Origin: an uncultured Oscillospiraceae bacterium
GTDB taxonomy: Bacteria > Bacillota > Clostridia > UMGS1840
Direction of reading: 5' to 3'
Length of the DNA: 64,000 nt
Assembly: GCA_964537245.1 (NCBI GenBank)
Contig: CAZHZL010000003.1
Coordinates: 559 to 64,558, forward strand
Below, piece by piece: positions 1 to 9,466 of this stretch. How positions within the stretch are numbered: position 1 is the first letter of the stretch; every line of letters starts with the position of its first letter. The notes below the pieces were generated by a model. That model made no database searches. It was given only the letters and a program-made list of their open reading frames with translations, and was not told the DNA's origin. Made by a program: the position numbers and the translations under genes.

Positions 1-285
<285 letters not shown>

Positions 286-303
286 CTATCTCCTTTTTTT
301 GTT

Positions 304-588
304 TTATTCAACTGTTGCCAGAATATCTGACTGCTTTATAATGATATATTCTTCTCCGTCAAGCTTAACGGTTGTGCCGCTGTACTGACGCATTATAACC
401 TTGTCACCTGCTTTGACTTCCATTTTAACTTCTTTACCTTCAACCATTCCGCCGGGACCAACTGCAACTACCTCTGCAATCTGCGGTTTTTCCTTTGCAC
501 TTCCTGCCAGGATAATACCGCTCGCTGTTGTTTCTTCAACTTCAGCCATTTTTACTACTACATTATCACTTGTAGGATTTAATTTCAT
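304..588 (-). CDS. groES: Co-chaperonin GroES
   Basis: 94-aa ORF of GroES length and sequence style (IILAGSAKEKPQIAEVVAVGPG...). It sits directly upstream of groEL and downstream of a CIRCE operator. Confidence 0.95.
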   Translation of the reverse strand: MKLNPTSDNVVVKMAEVEETTASGIILAGSAKEKPQIAEVVAVGPGGMVEGKEVKMEVKAGDKVIMRQYSGTTVKLDGEEYIIIKQSDILATVE

Positions 589-633
589 TTTTTTCTACCT
601 CCGAAATTTATATTTGATATTAAAAACTTTTTA

Positions 634-660
634 TTAGCACTCTCCTTTGTTGAGTGCTAA
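634..660 (-). promoter_or_regulatory. CIRCE operator (HrcA binding site) of the groES-groEL operon
   Basis: TTAGCACTC-N9-GAGTGCTAA is a perfect match to the CIRCE inverted-repeat consensus. It lies between the putative -10 box and the groES start. Confidence 0.9.
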
Positions 661-664
661 AATT

Positions 665-692
665 ATTATATCAAATTTCTTCCATAATTCAA
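665..692 (-). promoter_or_regulatory. Putative sigma-A promoter of groESL
   Basis: On the minus strand: TTGAAT (692-687), 16-nt spacer, TATAAT (670-665). CIRCE follows immediately downstream. Confidence 0.5.
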
Positions 693-806
693 TACCGATT
701 ATAACCAAATATTTGAAAATAAAACTTTTTTTCAGTTTAAATCTCATTTTTTCTTTATTTTTCTTCGTTTTCACATTTTCCAAAAAAAATTACCGCTTTT
801 TTCCTA

Positions 807-1865
807 TTATTTACCATTAAGAATATTTGCTATACTCTTAGCGGCATATCTGCCTCCTAAAATCGCTTCTTCAAGCGTGTTTCCATTTGCGCCAATTTCA
901 AAAATAACTGAATTTTTTGTTTTGTGTGTATTGAAGCGTTCTTCTCTTAAATTAACAGGTCTTGCAAGATTCGGATAATTCTTATTCATATCGTTCTGCA
1001 CTTTTAAAGCAAAAGAAAAGCAGCTTTTCCAGTTTTCATGCGGAAGTCCCATAGCGTCAGTTCCGCACACAAGCATAACCTGTGCCGCTTTTTCACCGTT
1101 TACGGAAGCAACAGGCTTTATTTTCTCATTTTTTGAATTATAGAGTGCGTCTCTGTGCACATCAATTATAACCTCTATGGACGGATGCTGTGAAAGAATT
1201 TTTTCAATTGATTTAAGCTCATTGATATATGACTGACTGTAAGGCACATCGTGGACAGTTTTTTCATGAAGAGTTTTTATTCCGCTTTCGTTGAGTACTC
1301 TTGCAAACTCCTCACCTACCCTTGTAATATTCTTAGAAGGGTCGTTGTCTCTGTCGTTTGGCATATAGCTTTCGGTTGTATGCGTATGTATAATAAGAAC
1401 CTTATAACCATCTGTTTTTTTGAAGCTGAGCGGCATATTGAGAATACTTTCTATATCAAAGCTTTTTCTTGCCGCATTTGACACAATAATATTATTATTC
1501 TCAACACTTATCGACGATTTTTCCTTTGAAAAATCTACATTGTTAGGCTCGTCGACAGCTACTGAAGCTTCTTTTTTATTTTCTTCTTTTTCAGGTTTAT
1601 TTTCCACTATTATTGTTTTTGGGATAATATTTTCTTTTGAATTTGTAAGCATATAAACAATATCCTGATTTCCGGGGCTTAAAATCTTGGATATATCCTT
1701 TTTATCCTGTAAAAAAACCGCCTCCTCTGCCATAGCCTCAAAAACGCGGCTTATAGCGCCTATATTATACAAAAAAACAAACGACACAATAAATATAAGA
1801 ACGAATACTGTTTTTCTCATAAAATTATTTACTGTAATTATAAAGCTTCTTTTCAAGATTTTCAC
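807..1865 (-). CDS. spoIIP: Stage II sporulation protein P (SpoIIP family peptidoglycan hydrolase)
   Basis: N-terminal TM helix followed by the conserved SpoIIP core (VLIIHTHTTESY, IDVHRDA, VIFEIG). The start codon is uncertain: GTG 1865 abuts the RBS, and TTG 1856 has better spacing from GGAG. Confidence 0.8.
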   Translation of the reverse strand: MKILKRSFIITVNNFMRKTVFVLIFIVSFVFLYNIGAISRVFEAMAEEAVFLQDKKDISKILSPGNQDIVYMLTNSKENIIPKTIIVENKPEKEENKKEASVAVDEPNNVDFSKEKSSISVENNNIIVSNAARKSFDIESILNMPLSFKKTDGYKVLIIHTHTTESYMPNDRDNDPSKNITRVGEEFARVLNESGIKTLHEKTVHDVPYSQSYINELKSIEKILSQHPSIEVIIDVHRDALYNSKNEKIKPVASVNGEKAAQVMLVCGTDAMGLPHENWKSCFSFALKVQNDMNKNYPNLARPVNLREERFNTHKTKNSVIFEIGANGNTLEEAILGGRYAAKSIANILNGK

Positions 1866-1921
1866 TCCTTCTTTTCCTTCTTATATATTATTCAGATAAA
1901 ACAATTATTATGAAAAAATTA

Positions 1922-1950
1922 TTGACAAAGATATTTTCGGGTGATATAAT
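1922..1950 (+). promoter_or_regulatory. Sigma-A promoter, extended -10
   Basis: TTGACA (1922-1927), 17-nt spacer ending in TGA, TATAAT (1945-1950). It lies upstream of the 2034 ORF. Confidence 0.6.
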
Positions 1951-2033
1951 TGACTGAGAAAGAACTGCCGAGAATTGTTTTAACATTTTTTCATTATATT
2001 TATCATAGCCTTTAGTGTGAAAGGATGATTATA

Positions 2034-2867
2034 ATGAAAAAACTGTTATGCGTTTTTGTTTTTGTTTTTTTGTTCTGCTCATGTGCGAAAAAAAGTGAAC
2101 CCGAAAAAATATATGAGGTGACAGGAAATTTTACAATTACAAATCCGAAAACCGAAGAAACTGAATTTTTCTTACTAAAAACCAAAAGCTGTAACATACT
2201 TGTTGACAGCGCAAAAAGCGAAAATGCAAAAGATATAATTGATTTTTTAAAAAGTGAAAACATCAGTAAAATAGATTATTTTATTATAACACAGTTTTCC
2301 GAAAACAGTCTCGGAAGTGCAAGCACAATTTTAAGAAAGCTTGAAGTGAAAAATATCTGTCAGCCGTCATATATTCCCCAAAAAACGAGGCTGTATGAGA
2401 AATATACACAAACACTTAAATTTAAAGGAATAACACCTCATACGATAAAAACTGATGAAACACTCACGGTTGAAGATATACATTTTGAGTTTTTCGGGTG
2501 TGACAACGCATTATTCGAAAACAACGAAAATAACTGCTCACTTGTTTTTAAAATAACGCACGGAAAAAACAGATTTCTTTTTTCGGGGAACATAAAAAAC
2601 GAGCGTATAGAGGAGCTTATTTCAAAAAAAGCAGATATATGTGCTGAATTTATAAAAATGCCCAACAATAAACACACAGAAAAAACAAAAGATTTTATAA
2701 AATATGTAAACCCTGAAATTGCGTTTATTTGCTGTTCGGAAAATTATCCTGCCAGCACTGAAACAGAAAAAATACTTAAAGAAAGAAAAATCAAAACATT
2801 TTACAGCTATAATGACATACACACATTTATATCAGACGGAAACACAATCACTGAAAGGAAAAACTAA
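2034..2867 (+). CDS. Putative lipoprotein, degenerate metallo-beta-lactamase-fold (ComEC-C-like) paralog
   Basis: Signal peptide plus Cys (MKKLLCVFVFVFLFCSCAKK). The layout parallels the MBL-fold protein at 56347-57213, but TQFSENSLG stands where that paralog has SHQHDDHIG. ATG 2034 is preferred over 2025 on RBS spacing. Confidence 0.55.
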   Translation: MKKLLCVFVFVFLFCSCAKKSEPEKIYEVTGNFTITNPKTEETEFFLLKTKSCNILVDSAKSENAKDIIDFLKSENISKIDYFIITQFSENSLGSASTILRKLEVKNICQPSYIPQKTRLYEKYTQTLKFKGITPHTIKTDETLTVEDIHFEFFGCDNALFENNENNCSLVFKITHGKNRFLFSGNIKNERIEELISKKADICAEFIKMPNNKHTEKTKDFIKYVNPEIAFICCSENYPASTETEKILKERKIKTFYSYNDIHTFISDGNTITERKN

Positions 2868-2868
2868 A

Positions 2869-3405
2869 ATGCTTATACTTGCTTCAGAATCACCAAGAAG
2901 AAAAGAGCTTCTTGAGTTCACGGGACTTCAGTTTCAAATAAAACCGACTTCGGTCGATGAAACCGTCCCTGATAATTTAACACCAAAGGAAACGGTTGAA
3001 TATTTGAGCTATATAAAAGCACTTCCGCTAAAAAACGGAGTTGACACAATAATAGGCTCGGATACAGTTGTTGCAATAAACGGAGAAATTCTCGGAAAGC
3101 CTTCGTCAAAAGAAAATGCCAAGGAAATCCTGAAGAAGCTTTCAGGAAAAACACACAGTGTTTTCACAGGGGTAACAATCATCAAAGAAAACGATATTGA
3201 AACCTTCAGCGTAGAAACAAAGGTTGTTTTCTATGAGCTTACAGATGATGAAATAGACAGATATATCGCAACAAATGAGCCTATGGATAAGGCCGGAGCT
3301 TACGGGATTCAGGGAAAAGGCGCTATTTTTGTTAAGGAAGTTATAGGCGATTATTCAAGCGTTGTAGGACTTCCGATAGGAGAAGTATACAGAAGGGTGA
3401 AATAA
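2869..3405 (+). CDS. maf: Maf-like nucleoside triphosphate pyrophosphatase (septum formation protein Maf)
   Basis: MLILASESPRRKELL... and ...KAGAYGIQG... are hallmarks of Maf/YhdE. The internal ATG at 2869 follows the upstream stop (2865-2867), and the longer ORF-track version overlaps the upstream gene. Confidence 0.9.
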   Translation: MLILASESPRRKELLEFTGLQFQIKPTSVDETVPDNLTPKETVEYLSYIKALPLKNGVDTIIGSDTVVAINGEILGKPSSKENAKEILKKLSGKTHSVFTGVTIIKENDIETFSVETKVVFYELTDDEIDRYIATNEPMDKAGAYGIQGKGAIFVKEVIGDYSSVVGLPIGEVYRRVK

Positions 3406-3407
3406 AT

Positions 3408-3881
3408 ATGACAAACGAAATCAAAAAAATAACAAGCTTTACGGTTGACCACGATTACATCATTCCTGGGATATATATTTCCCGAATTGATGACGATATC
3501 ACCACCTATGACTTAAGAACAAGAAAGCCAAACAACAATGATTATATAGATAACCTTACTATGCACAGTGTTGAGCATATGTTTGCAACATATATAAGAA
3601 ACTCATCCATAAAAGACAAGGTTATTTATTTCGGGCCGATGGGCTGTCAGACAGGCTTTTATCTTTTAGTCCGCAATTCAGATGATAAAGAAACCGTTAG
3701 CGTTATTCTTGATACATTAAAAAAGATTACTGAGCATGAAGGCGAAATTTTCGGTAAGGAAAGAAAAGAATGCGGAAATTATCTTAATCTTGATTTAAAA
3801 TCAGCAAAGGACGAATGTAAAAAATATCTTGATATACTTTTATCATATGAAAAAATAGATACAAATTATCCGGAGGAATAG
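3408..3881 (+). CDS. luxS: S-ribosylhomocysteine lyase LuxS
   Basis: 157 aa with the HSVEH metal motif and GPMGCQTGFY catalytic Cys region typical of LuxS. Confidence 0.9.
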   Translation: MTNEIKKITSFTVDHDYIIPGIYISRIDDDITTYDLRTRKPNNNDYIDNLTMHSVEHMFATYIRNSSIKDKVIYFGPMGCQTGFYLLVRNSDDKETVSVILDTLKKITEHEGEIFGKERKECGNYLNLDLKSAKDECKKYLDILLSYEKIDTNYPEE

Positions 3882-3884
3882 ACA

Positions 3885-4571
3885 ATGATAGGAATTATAG
3901 GGGCAATGGAAGTTGAGGTCTCAGCTTTAAAGGAAGCTTTGACTGAAAGGCAGACTAAGACCGTAAGTAATATAGAATTTAACTACGGAAAAATGTACGG
4001 CAAGGAGGTCGTTGTAGCGTGCTGCGGAATAGGCAAGGTATTTGCCGCAATATGTGCAGAAGCTATGATACTTACATTTAATCCTGATGTAATCATAAAC
4101 ACAGGCGTTGCGGGAGGTTTGGACGAAAATTTAAAAATTGCCGACATAGTTATATCAAAAAATGCAGTTCAACACGATATGGATACTTCTCCTCTCGGTG
4201 ACCCGGTCGGACTTTTATCGGGAATAAATATTGTTTATATTCCTGTCGATGAAGAAACCGCTTCTCTTATGAAAACTTGTGTAGACGAATGCGGTATAAA
4301 TAATATTACAGGAACTATCGTTTCAGGAGACCAGTTTATAGAAAAAGCAGAAAAAAAAGCGCAGCTAAAATCTGATTTCAATGCAGTCGCCTGCGAAATG
4401 GAAGGGGCAAGCATAGCCCATGTCTGCTATGTAAACAAAGTAAAATGCTGTATTATCCGTTCGATTTCAGATGGGCTTTCGGACGAACATTTAACCTATC
4501 AGCAGTTCTGCGATATAGCAGCAGAGAACTCGGTTAAGGTTACTAAAAAATTTGTTGAAAAAATCGGTTGA
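3885..4571 (+). CDS. mtnN: 5'-methylthioadenosine/S-adenosylhomocysteine nucleosidase
   Basis: MIGIIGAMEVEV... N-terminus, GIGKV, and CEMEGASIAHV motifs of Pfs/MtnN. It is adjacent to luxS. Confidence 0.9.
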   Translation: MIGIIGAMEVEVSALKEALTERQTKTVSNIEFNYGKMYGKEVVVACCGIGKVFAAICAEAMILTFNPDVIINTGVAGGLDENLKIADIVISKNAVQHDMDTSPLGDPVGLLSGINIVYIPVDEETASLMKTCVDECGINNITGTIVSGDQFIEKAEKKAQLKSDFNAVACEMEGASIAHVCYVNKVKCCIIRSISDGLSDEHLTYQQFCDIAAENSVKVTKKFVEKIG

Positions 4572-4595
4572 AAAAATTCAACCGATTTTTTTACA

Positions 4596-5441
4596 CTAAA
4601 ACGAAAGAAGCTCTTTTCTTATTTCTTCGGTAACATCGCCGCCGTATTCACAAAGCTCATAAGCTTCAGCAAAACGCACCTTACTACCCTTTTCTTCTCC
4701 GTATCTTTCTATAAGCTCTTTACGGAATCTTGCTGCTGTTCTTGCATAGCGTACGAGATAACCTCTCTTTGCCGCCATTACCTCTTCGTCGGTTGTATCA
4801 GCTGTTATATCCATTCCCTTAAGCCATTCAAAGCGTTCTTCCTTACCTTCAGGAACTTCCTCGCCGTATGTATAAGGAAGCCATTCATAAACCTGACAAA
4901 CATTTAAGTCAGCAATCTGCATTTTTATATCAACCACGTCATCAACAGAGAAAACGTAGTCTGCTTTAAACGGCGGATTTTTAAAATTATCCTCGTTGTA
5001 CATTATTACAGGAGTTTCCTTCATAGCAGGTACATCGGGACATTCATGCGGAACGATAAGCATATAAGAAGCGTCCTGAACAAGCTGTCCTACTGCACGA
5101 TGGTCTGCATGGTAATCATTTAAGCGGTGTGTAATAATCATATCAGGAGAAATTTTTCTTATATATCTTATAAGTCTTCTTCTCGTTTCCAAATCTGCAA
5201 CCAAAGAGCAATCGTCAATATCCCACACATCGTATGTAATGCCAAGAAGCTTTGCTACTGCCGCAGATTCCTTAGCGCGTGTTTTTGTTGTTTCTTCGGG
5301 AGTCATAATATGATGACCGCCACAACCGTTACACATACTTAAAAAAGTAACCTCATGCCCTTTTTGAACATATTTTTTTGCTAAACCTCCGCAACGAAAT
5401 TCGTTATCATCCTGATGAGCACCAATCATTAAAATTTTCAT
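4596..5441 (-). CDS. PIG-L/LmbE family N-acetylglucosaminyl deacetylase
   Basis: MKILMIGAHQDDNEF (AHxDD motif) and downstream His/Asp motifs (HRLNDYHADH). ATG 5441 is chosen because the RBS AAGGTG lies 6-7 nt upstream. Confidence 0.75.
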   Translation of the reverse strand: MKILMIGAHQDDNEFRCGGLAKKYVQKGHEVTFLSMCNGCGGHHIMTPEETTKTRAKESAAVAKLLGITYDVWDIDDCSLVADLETRRRLIRYIRKISPDMIITHRLNDYHADHRAVGQLVQDASYMLIVPHECPDVPAMKETPVIMYNEDNFKNPPFKADYVFSVDDVVDIKMQIADLNVCQVYEWLPYTYGEEVPEGKEERFEWLKGMDITADTTDEEVMAAKRGYLVRYARTAARFRKELIERYGEEKGSKVRFAEAYELCEYGGDVTEEIRKELLSF

Positions 5442-5463
5442 ATTTTTCACCTTATCTTTCTTT

Positions 5464-6393
5464 TTATATTTCTTTTATCGTAAATTTCAGTTCTGTTTTA
5501 TATTCTGAAAACGGAGCTACCGTAACATATTTTTTATTATCTACAAGATTTTTTCCGCCGAGTGAGGATGTTCTTGGCTCAAGCCCCACAACATATTCAC
5601 TCTCACCAAGCATTTTCCAGACAAGAAAATCAGGAAGCGTATCTCTTTTATATGTAATATATGCACCGATTTTTTCGTTTTCAATTCCGACTGTAATTAC
5701 ATCTCCGTCATAGCTGACAGGAATACATTCCTCCTCGATATTATGTACAGGCGCAGTTATTTCAGATATTTCATCGGGCACATTCACAATTTTGCTTTTT
5801 TCGCTTACAAGCGGATAACCGAAATTACAGTGATAACACAAGGATACATTTTCATCGTTAAAGCCTTCGTTTACTATTACATCACAAACCTCTATTTCAG
5901 ATGAAAGCAGCTTTGCTGTCACAGTTCTTTTAAAAACAAGATTCTGACCGAAAACCATACTGTCGCGCATTTCGCCCGATACTCTCATTATATATTCTCC
6001 GTCAACCCAGTCGGCAAACACGCTTACCTTTTCGGCAGGAGTGTTTGCAATTCTTCCGTGAAGCCCTTTATCATCATAAGGCGCTCCGATATTATCAAGT
6101 CCGCAAGTGGTGATAAGTCCGCCGTAGAAGCCTCTCAGCCAGTTTTTGCCGTCCTTTTCATAATATTGCGGCGCAGTTATTCCCGTTTTTGAAATCCAAC
6201 TTATTGCCGTCCCTTTATAAGACGCCTGTGCAATATCCATACATCTGTCGGGAAGCACGGTAAAAGAAAGCGTTCCTGTATTTATTTCTATTGCTCTAAT
6301 CCCTTTTTTCTTTCCGTCATTAAAGGTATAATCCTTTATTCCACCGATTTGTTCAACCGAACCTATACGCTTCATCAATTCTTCTTTTTTCAT
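5464..6393 (-). CDS. Aldose-1-epimerase-like protein (DUF4432 type)
   Basis: 309-aa ORF resembling the DUF4432/mutarotase-like family (IEINTGTLSFTVLPDRCMDI..., GLITTCGLDNIG, GLHGR). Confidence 0.55.
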   Translation of the reverse strand: MKKEELMKRIGSVEQIGGIKDYTFNDGKKKGIRAIEINTGTLSFTVLPDRCMDIAQASYKGTAISWISKTGITAPQYYEKDGKNWLRGFYGGLITTCGLDNIGAPYDDKGLHGRIANTPAEKVSVFADWVDGEYIMRVSGEMRDSMVFGQNLVFKRTVTAKLLSSEIEVCDVIVNEGFNDENVSLCYHCNFGYPLVSEKSKIVNVPDEISEITAPVHNIEEECIPVSYDGDVITVGIENEKIGAYITYKRDTLPDFLVWKMLGESEYVVGLEPRTSSLGGKNLVDNKKYVTVAPFSEYKTELKFTIKEI

Positions 6394-6421
6394 TTTAAAT
6401 AAAAATCTCCTTTCATTAATA

Positions 6422-6450
6422 TTGACATTTTTATGTTTTTATTATATAAT
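6422..6450 (+). promoter_or_regulatory. Sigma-A promoter of the AraC-family gene
   Basis: TTGACA (6422-6427), 17-nt spacer, TATAAT (6445-6450). Confidence 0.6.
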
Positions 6451-6518
6451 TTAATTCAGAAAAAAACCATAATACTTTTGCTTAAAATTAGAACGATTTT
6501 GCTTTTAGGGAACATATT

Positions 6519-7334
6519 ATGAAAAATTTATCTTTTTTGGAAAAGCCCATACCGATGGAAACTTATCCGATAAAAACAAAAATTTTAACGCCACGCAGCG
6601 AAGCGTCTCATTCGTATCCGATGCACTGGCACGAGCATATTGAGCTTTTGTATTTTATAAACGGAAGCGGAGAGGCAACTGTCGGCGGAGAGGTAATACA
6701 TGCAAAAAAAGACGACCTTATTGTCATAAACTGCAACGAGCTTCATGCCACACAAATGAGCGACGATTGTGTTCTTTTTTGTATTCATATTTCACCTTCA
6801 TTTTTTTCTGATGTTGATTTTGAAAGCGTTTTATTCAAAACGCATATTTCAGCAGACGAAACTGTAAGCGGATATTTAGAGAAAATCCATATTGAAAAAA
6901 AATCTATGAATGAAGGCTACGATATGCAGATAAAAGGGCTCACATATCTTCTTATGACATATCTTTTGAGAAACTGTAAACTTGAAAAAAGCGAAATTCT
7001 TTCAAAGAAAAAGAAAATCTTAAAAATAAGTGCTGTTTTAAAATATATTTCCGCATATTATCCCCATAAGCTTTCAACTGCAGAGCTTGCACGGGAATTT
7101 TTCTTATCGGAGCATTATTTCTGCCACTTTTTCAAGGCAGAAACAGGAATGTCACCTATGGGATATATAAACAGATTTCGTGTGGAAAAGGCGTCGTTTT
7201 ACCTCAAAAATTCAAATGACAGTATTACCGAAATTGCACTTAAGGTTGGTTTTGATGACTCAAATTATTTTTCTAAAATATTCAAAAAATATCGCGGAAT
7301 GACTCCGAGAGAATACAGGGCTTTGATAAAATAG
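6519..7334 (+). CDS. AraC family transcriptional regulator (cupin sensor plus double HTH)
   Basis: N-terminal cupin-like HWHEHIELLY and a C-terminal AraC HTH (DSNYFSKIFKKYRGMTPREYR). Confidence 0.9.
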   Translation: MKNLSFLEKPIPMETYPIKTKILTPRSEASHSYPMHWHEHIELLYFINGSGEATVGGEVIHAKKDDLIVINCNELHATQMSDDCVLFCIHISPSFFSDVDFESVLFKTHISADETVSGYLEKIHIEKKSMNEGYDMQIKGLTYLLMTYLLRNCKLEKSEILSKKKKILKISAVLKYISAYYPHKLSTAELAREFFLSEHYFCHFFKAETGMSPMGYINRFRVEKASFYLKNSNDSITEIALKVGFDDSNYFSKIFKKYRGMTPREYRALIK

Positions 7335-7400
7335 TATAATTTCACCTAAGCTTCCTTATCGGGTAGTGGCTTTTGTTACCGCTGATTTTTTTAAAACCTC

Positions 7401-7429
7401 TTGACACATAAAGAAATACAAACTATAAT
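7401..7429 (+). promoter_or_regulatory. Sigma-A promoter of the GH36-like gene
   Basis: TTGACA (7401-7406), 17-nt spacer, TATAAT (7424-7429). The ORF-track start at 7401 is this -35 box, not a start codon. Confidence 0.65.
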
Positions 7430-7472
7430 ATATTACAATGAAAATAATTTTTATAAAAAACGGAGAAAAAAT

Positions 7473-9434
7473 ATGAAAATATTAACTGAAAATTTCAAAA
7501 TAGAAAAAGACCCTCTTGGCAACGGATATTTCGTAAGCTATGTTAGCAAAAAAACCTCAGCCGCAGAGCTTGATTTTGCCGAGTTTGAAGATGGAGGTAA
7601 TATCCTTTGCTCATACAGAGACAAGCCATGGTTTAATAATGGCAATGTTCCCAAAAGCTTCAAGGAGGTTACATATGAAACACAGTGGCTTTGTCACAAG
7701 GATAAAGACGGAATTTTCACTGTTTTATATCCGCTTTGCGATGAGCCTTTAAGAGCAACATTTTTCGGTGAAAAAGAAAATGTTCTCAGCATTTTTATAG
7801 AAAGCGGTGACATTGCAACAGAAGCAACTGAAAAAACAGTTGTTTATTACGCTCAAGGCAAGGACTTTTATGAGCTTATAGACAATGCGCCCGAAAGCAT
7901 AGCAAAAAAGATTAAAACCTGTACCACTAAAAAAGAAAAAAGAGTACCCGAAATATATAACTATTTCGGATGGTGCACGTGGGATTCATTTTATGAGCTT
8001 GTAACTGCCGATGATATAAAAAAGGGCTTGGAAAGTTTTAAAAAAGGCGGCTTTGTTCCGAGATTTCTCCTTCTTGATGACGGTTGGCAGACAGTTTGCG
8101 AGGATTACGACAACAGAGGTCTTCATAAGCTTTCAAAATTCTGTGCAAACAGTAAATTTAATCACGATTTAACAGATACCGTAAAGCTTGCAAAGGAAGA
8201 ATATGGAGTTAAACAGTTTTATGTATGGCACGCACTTCTCGGATATTGGGGCGGAATTGAGCCTAATTCTTCCGATATGCAAAAATACGGCGTAAAATAC
8301 TATCAAAAGCGTTATTCAGATCATCTTAAAAAAGCAGCTATAAGTACATATGAAGAAATCTTGGGCGTACCTGATCAGGACAAGGTGTTCAGCTTTTATA
8401 ACGACTATCACAAAAGTCTTGCAAAGGCAGGCGTTGACGGTGTAAAGGTTGATGTACAGTTTAACACAGAGGCTATCGGTCACAACTGCGGCGGAAGAGT
8501 AAAAAGCACAAGAATATACAGAGAAGGTCTTGAAGCCTCCGTTAATCTTAACTTCAACGGCGGTTTGATTAACTGCATGTGCGGTTCAAACGACCTTACA
8601 TATCATTTCAAGGCTTCTTCAATTGCTCGTACTTCAGACGACTACTTCCCGAACGATGACAACTCACACGGACAGCACATTTTCAGAAATGCTGTAAACA
8701 GCTTATGGATTGGCGGCTTCACCTACTGCGACTGGGATATGTTCCAGACTCAACATAAATGCGGAGATTTTCACGCTTCTTCAAGAGCAATCAGCGGAAG
8801 CCCGATATATGTATCTGACAGAGTTGACGAGCATGATTTTGATATAATTGCAAAGCTTACTACATCAGACGGAAAGCTTCTTATGGCAGAAGAAACTGCA
8901 AGACCGACATATGACAGTCTGTTTACCTCCCCTGCCGACAAGGATTTATACAAAATATTTAACTACAACAAATTCGGTGGTGTTATAGGCGTATTTAATC
9001 TTACAATCAATAAAGAAGAAATCACAAAGGATATTTCACCTTGCGATATTCCGCGCTTCAAAAACGGAAAATATGTTTTATATCACCATAACAAAAAGCT
9101 TTTTGAGCTTAAAGAAGCAACTGAAAAAACAAGCATTTCACTCGAAGGAGTAAAGTCTGAAATTATAACTGTTATGCCGATAGAAGAAGGCTTTTGTGCA
9201 ATCGGTTTATGTGATAAATATAACACAGGCGCAGCTGTAAGAGCGATTGTAAAGACCGAAAGCGAAAATATCGTTTATTTAACAGGTGGCGGAGATTTCG
9301 CATTTTACAGCGAAAAAGTGCCAACTGAAATACTCTGCTTAAATGAAAAAATAAGTTTTCAAAAGAAAGAAAATAACATTTATGAAGCAATAGTTAAAGC
9401 TGATACAGAAGCTTGTATAAGAATAGAATTCTAA
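7473..9434 (+). CDS. Raffinose-synthase/Sip1-type glycoside hydrolase family 36-like protein (putative alpha-galactosidase or galactosyltransferase)
   Basis: Motifs FGWCTWDSFY, LLLDDGWQ, GVKVDVQ, RTSDDYFP and CDWDMFQT are characteristic of the plant-type raffinose synthase / alkaline alpha-galactosidase branch. RBS GGAG lies 7 nt before ATG 7473. Confidence 0.7.
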   Translation: MKILTENFKIEKDPLGNGYFVSYVSKKTSAAELDFAEFEDGGNILCSYRDKPWFNNGNVPKSFKEVTYETQWLCHKDKDGIFTVLYPLCDEPLRATFFGEKENVLSIFIESGDIATEATEKTVVYYAQGKDFYELIDNAPESIAKKIKTCTTKKEKRVPEIYNYFGWCTWDSFYELVTADDIKKGLESFKKGGFVPRFLLLDDGWQTVCEDYDNRGLHKLSKFCANSKFNHDLTDTVKLAKEEYGVKQFYVWHALLGYWGGIEPNSSDMQKYGVKYYQKRYSDHLKKAAISTYEEILGVPDQDKVFSFYNDYHKSLAKAGVDGVKVDVQFNTEAIGHNCGGRVKSTRIYREGLEASVNLNFNGGLINCMCGSNDLTYHFKASSIARTSDDYFPNDDNSHGQHIFRNAVNSLWIGGFTYCDWDMFQTQHKCGDFHASSRAISGSPIYVSDRVDEHDFDIIAKLTTSDGKLLMAEETARPTYDSLFTSPADKDLYKIFNYNKFGGVIGVFNLTINKEEITKDISPCDIPRFKNGKYVLYHHNKKLFELKEATEKTSISLEGVKSEIITVMPIEEGFCAIGLCDKYNTGAAVRAIVKTESENIVYLTGGGDFAFYSEKVPTEILCLNEKISFQKKENNIYEAIVKADTEACIRIEF

Positions 9435-9435
9435 T

Positions 9436-9466
9436 AAAAAATGGGGGGGTCAACGCCCCCATTTTC
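9436..9466. terminator. Bidirectional rho-independent terminator between convergent genes
   Basis: AAAAA-TGGGGGGG-TCAA-CGCCCCCA-TTTT: a GC-rich hairpin (9442-9461) flanked by an A-run and a T-run. Confidence 0.75.
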
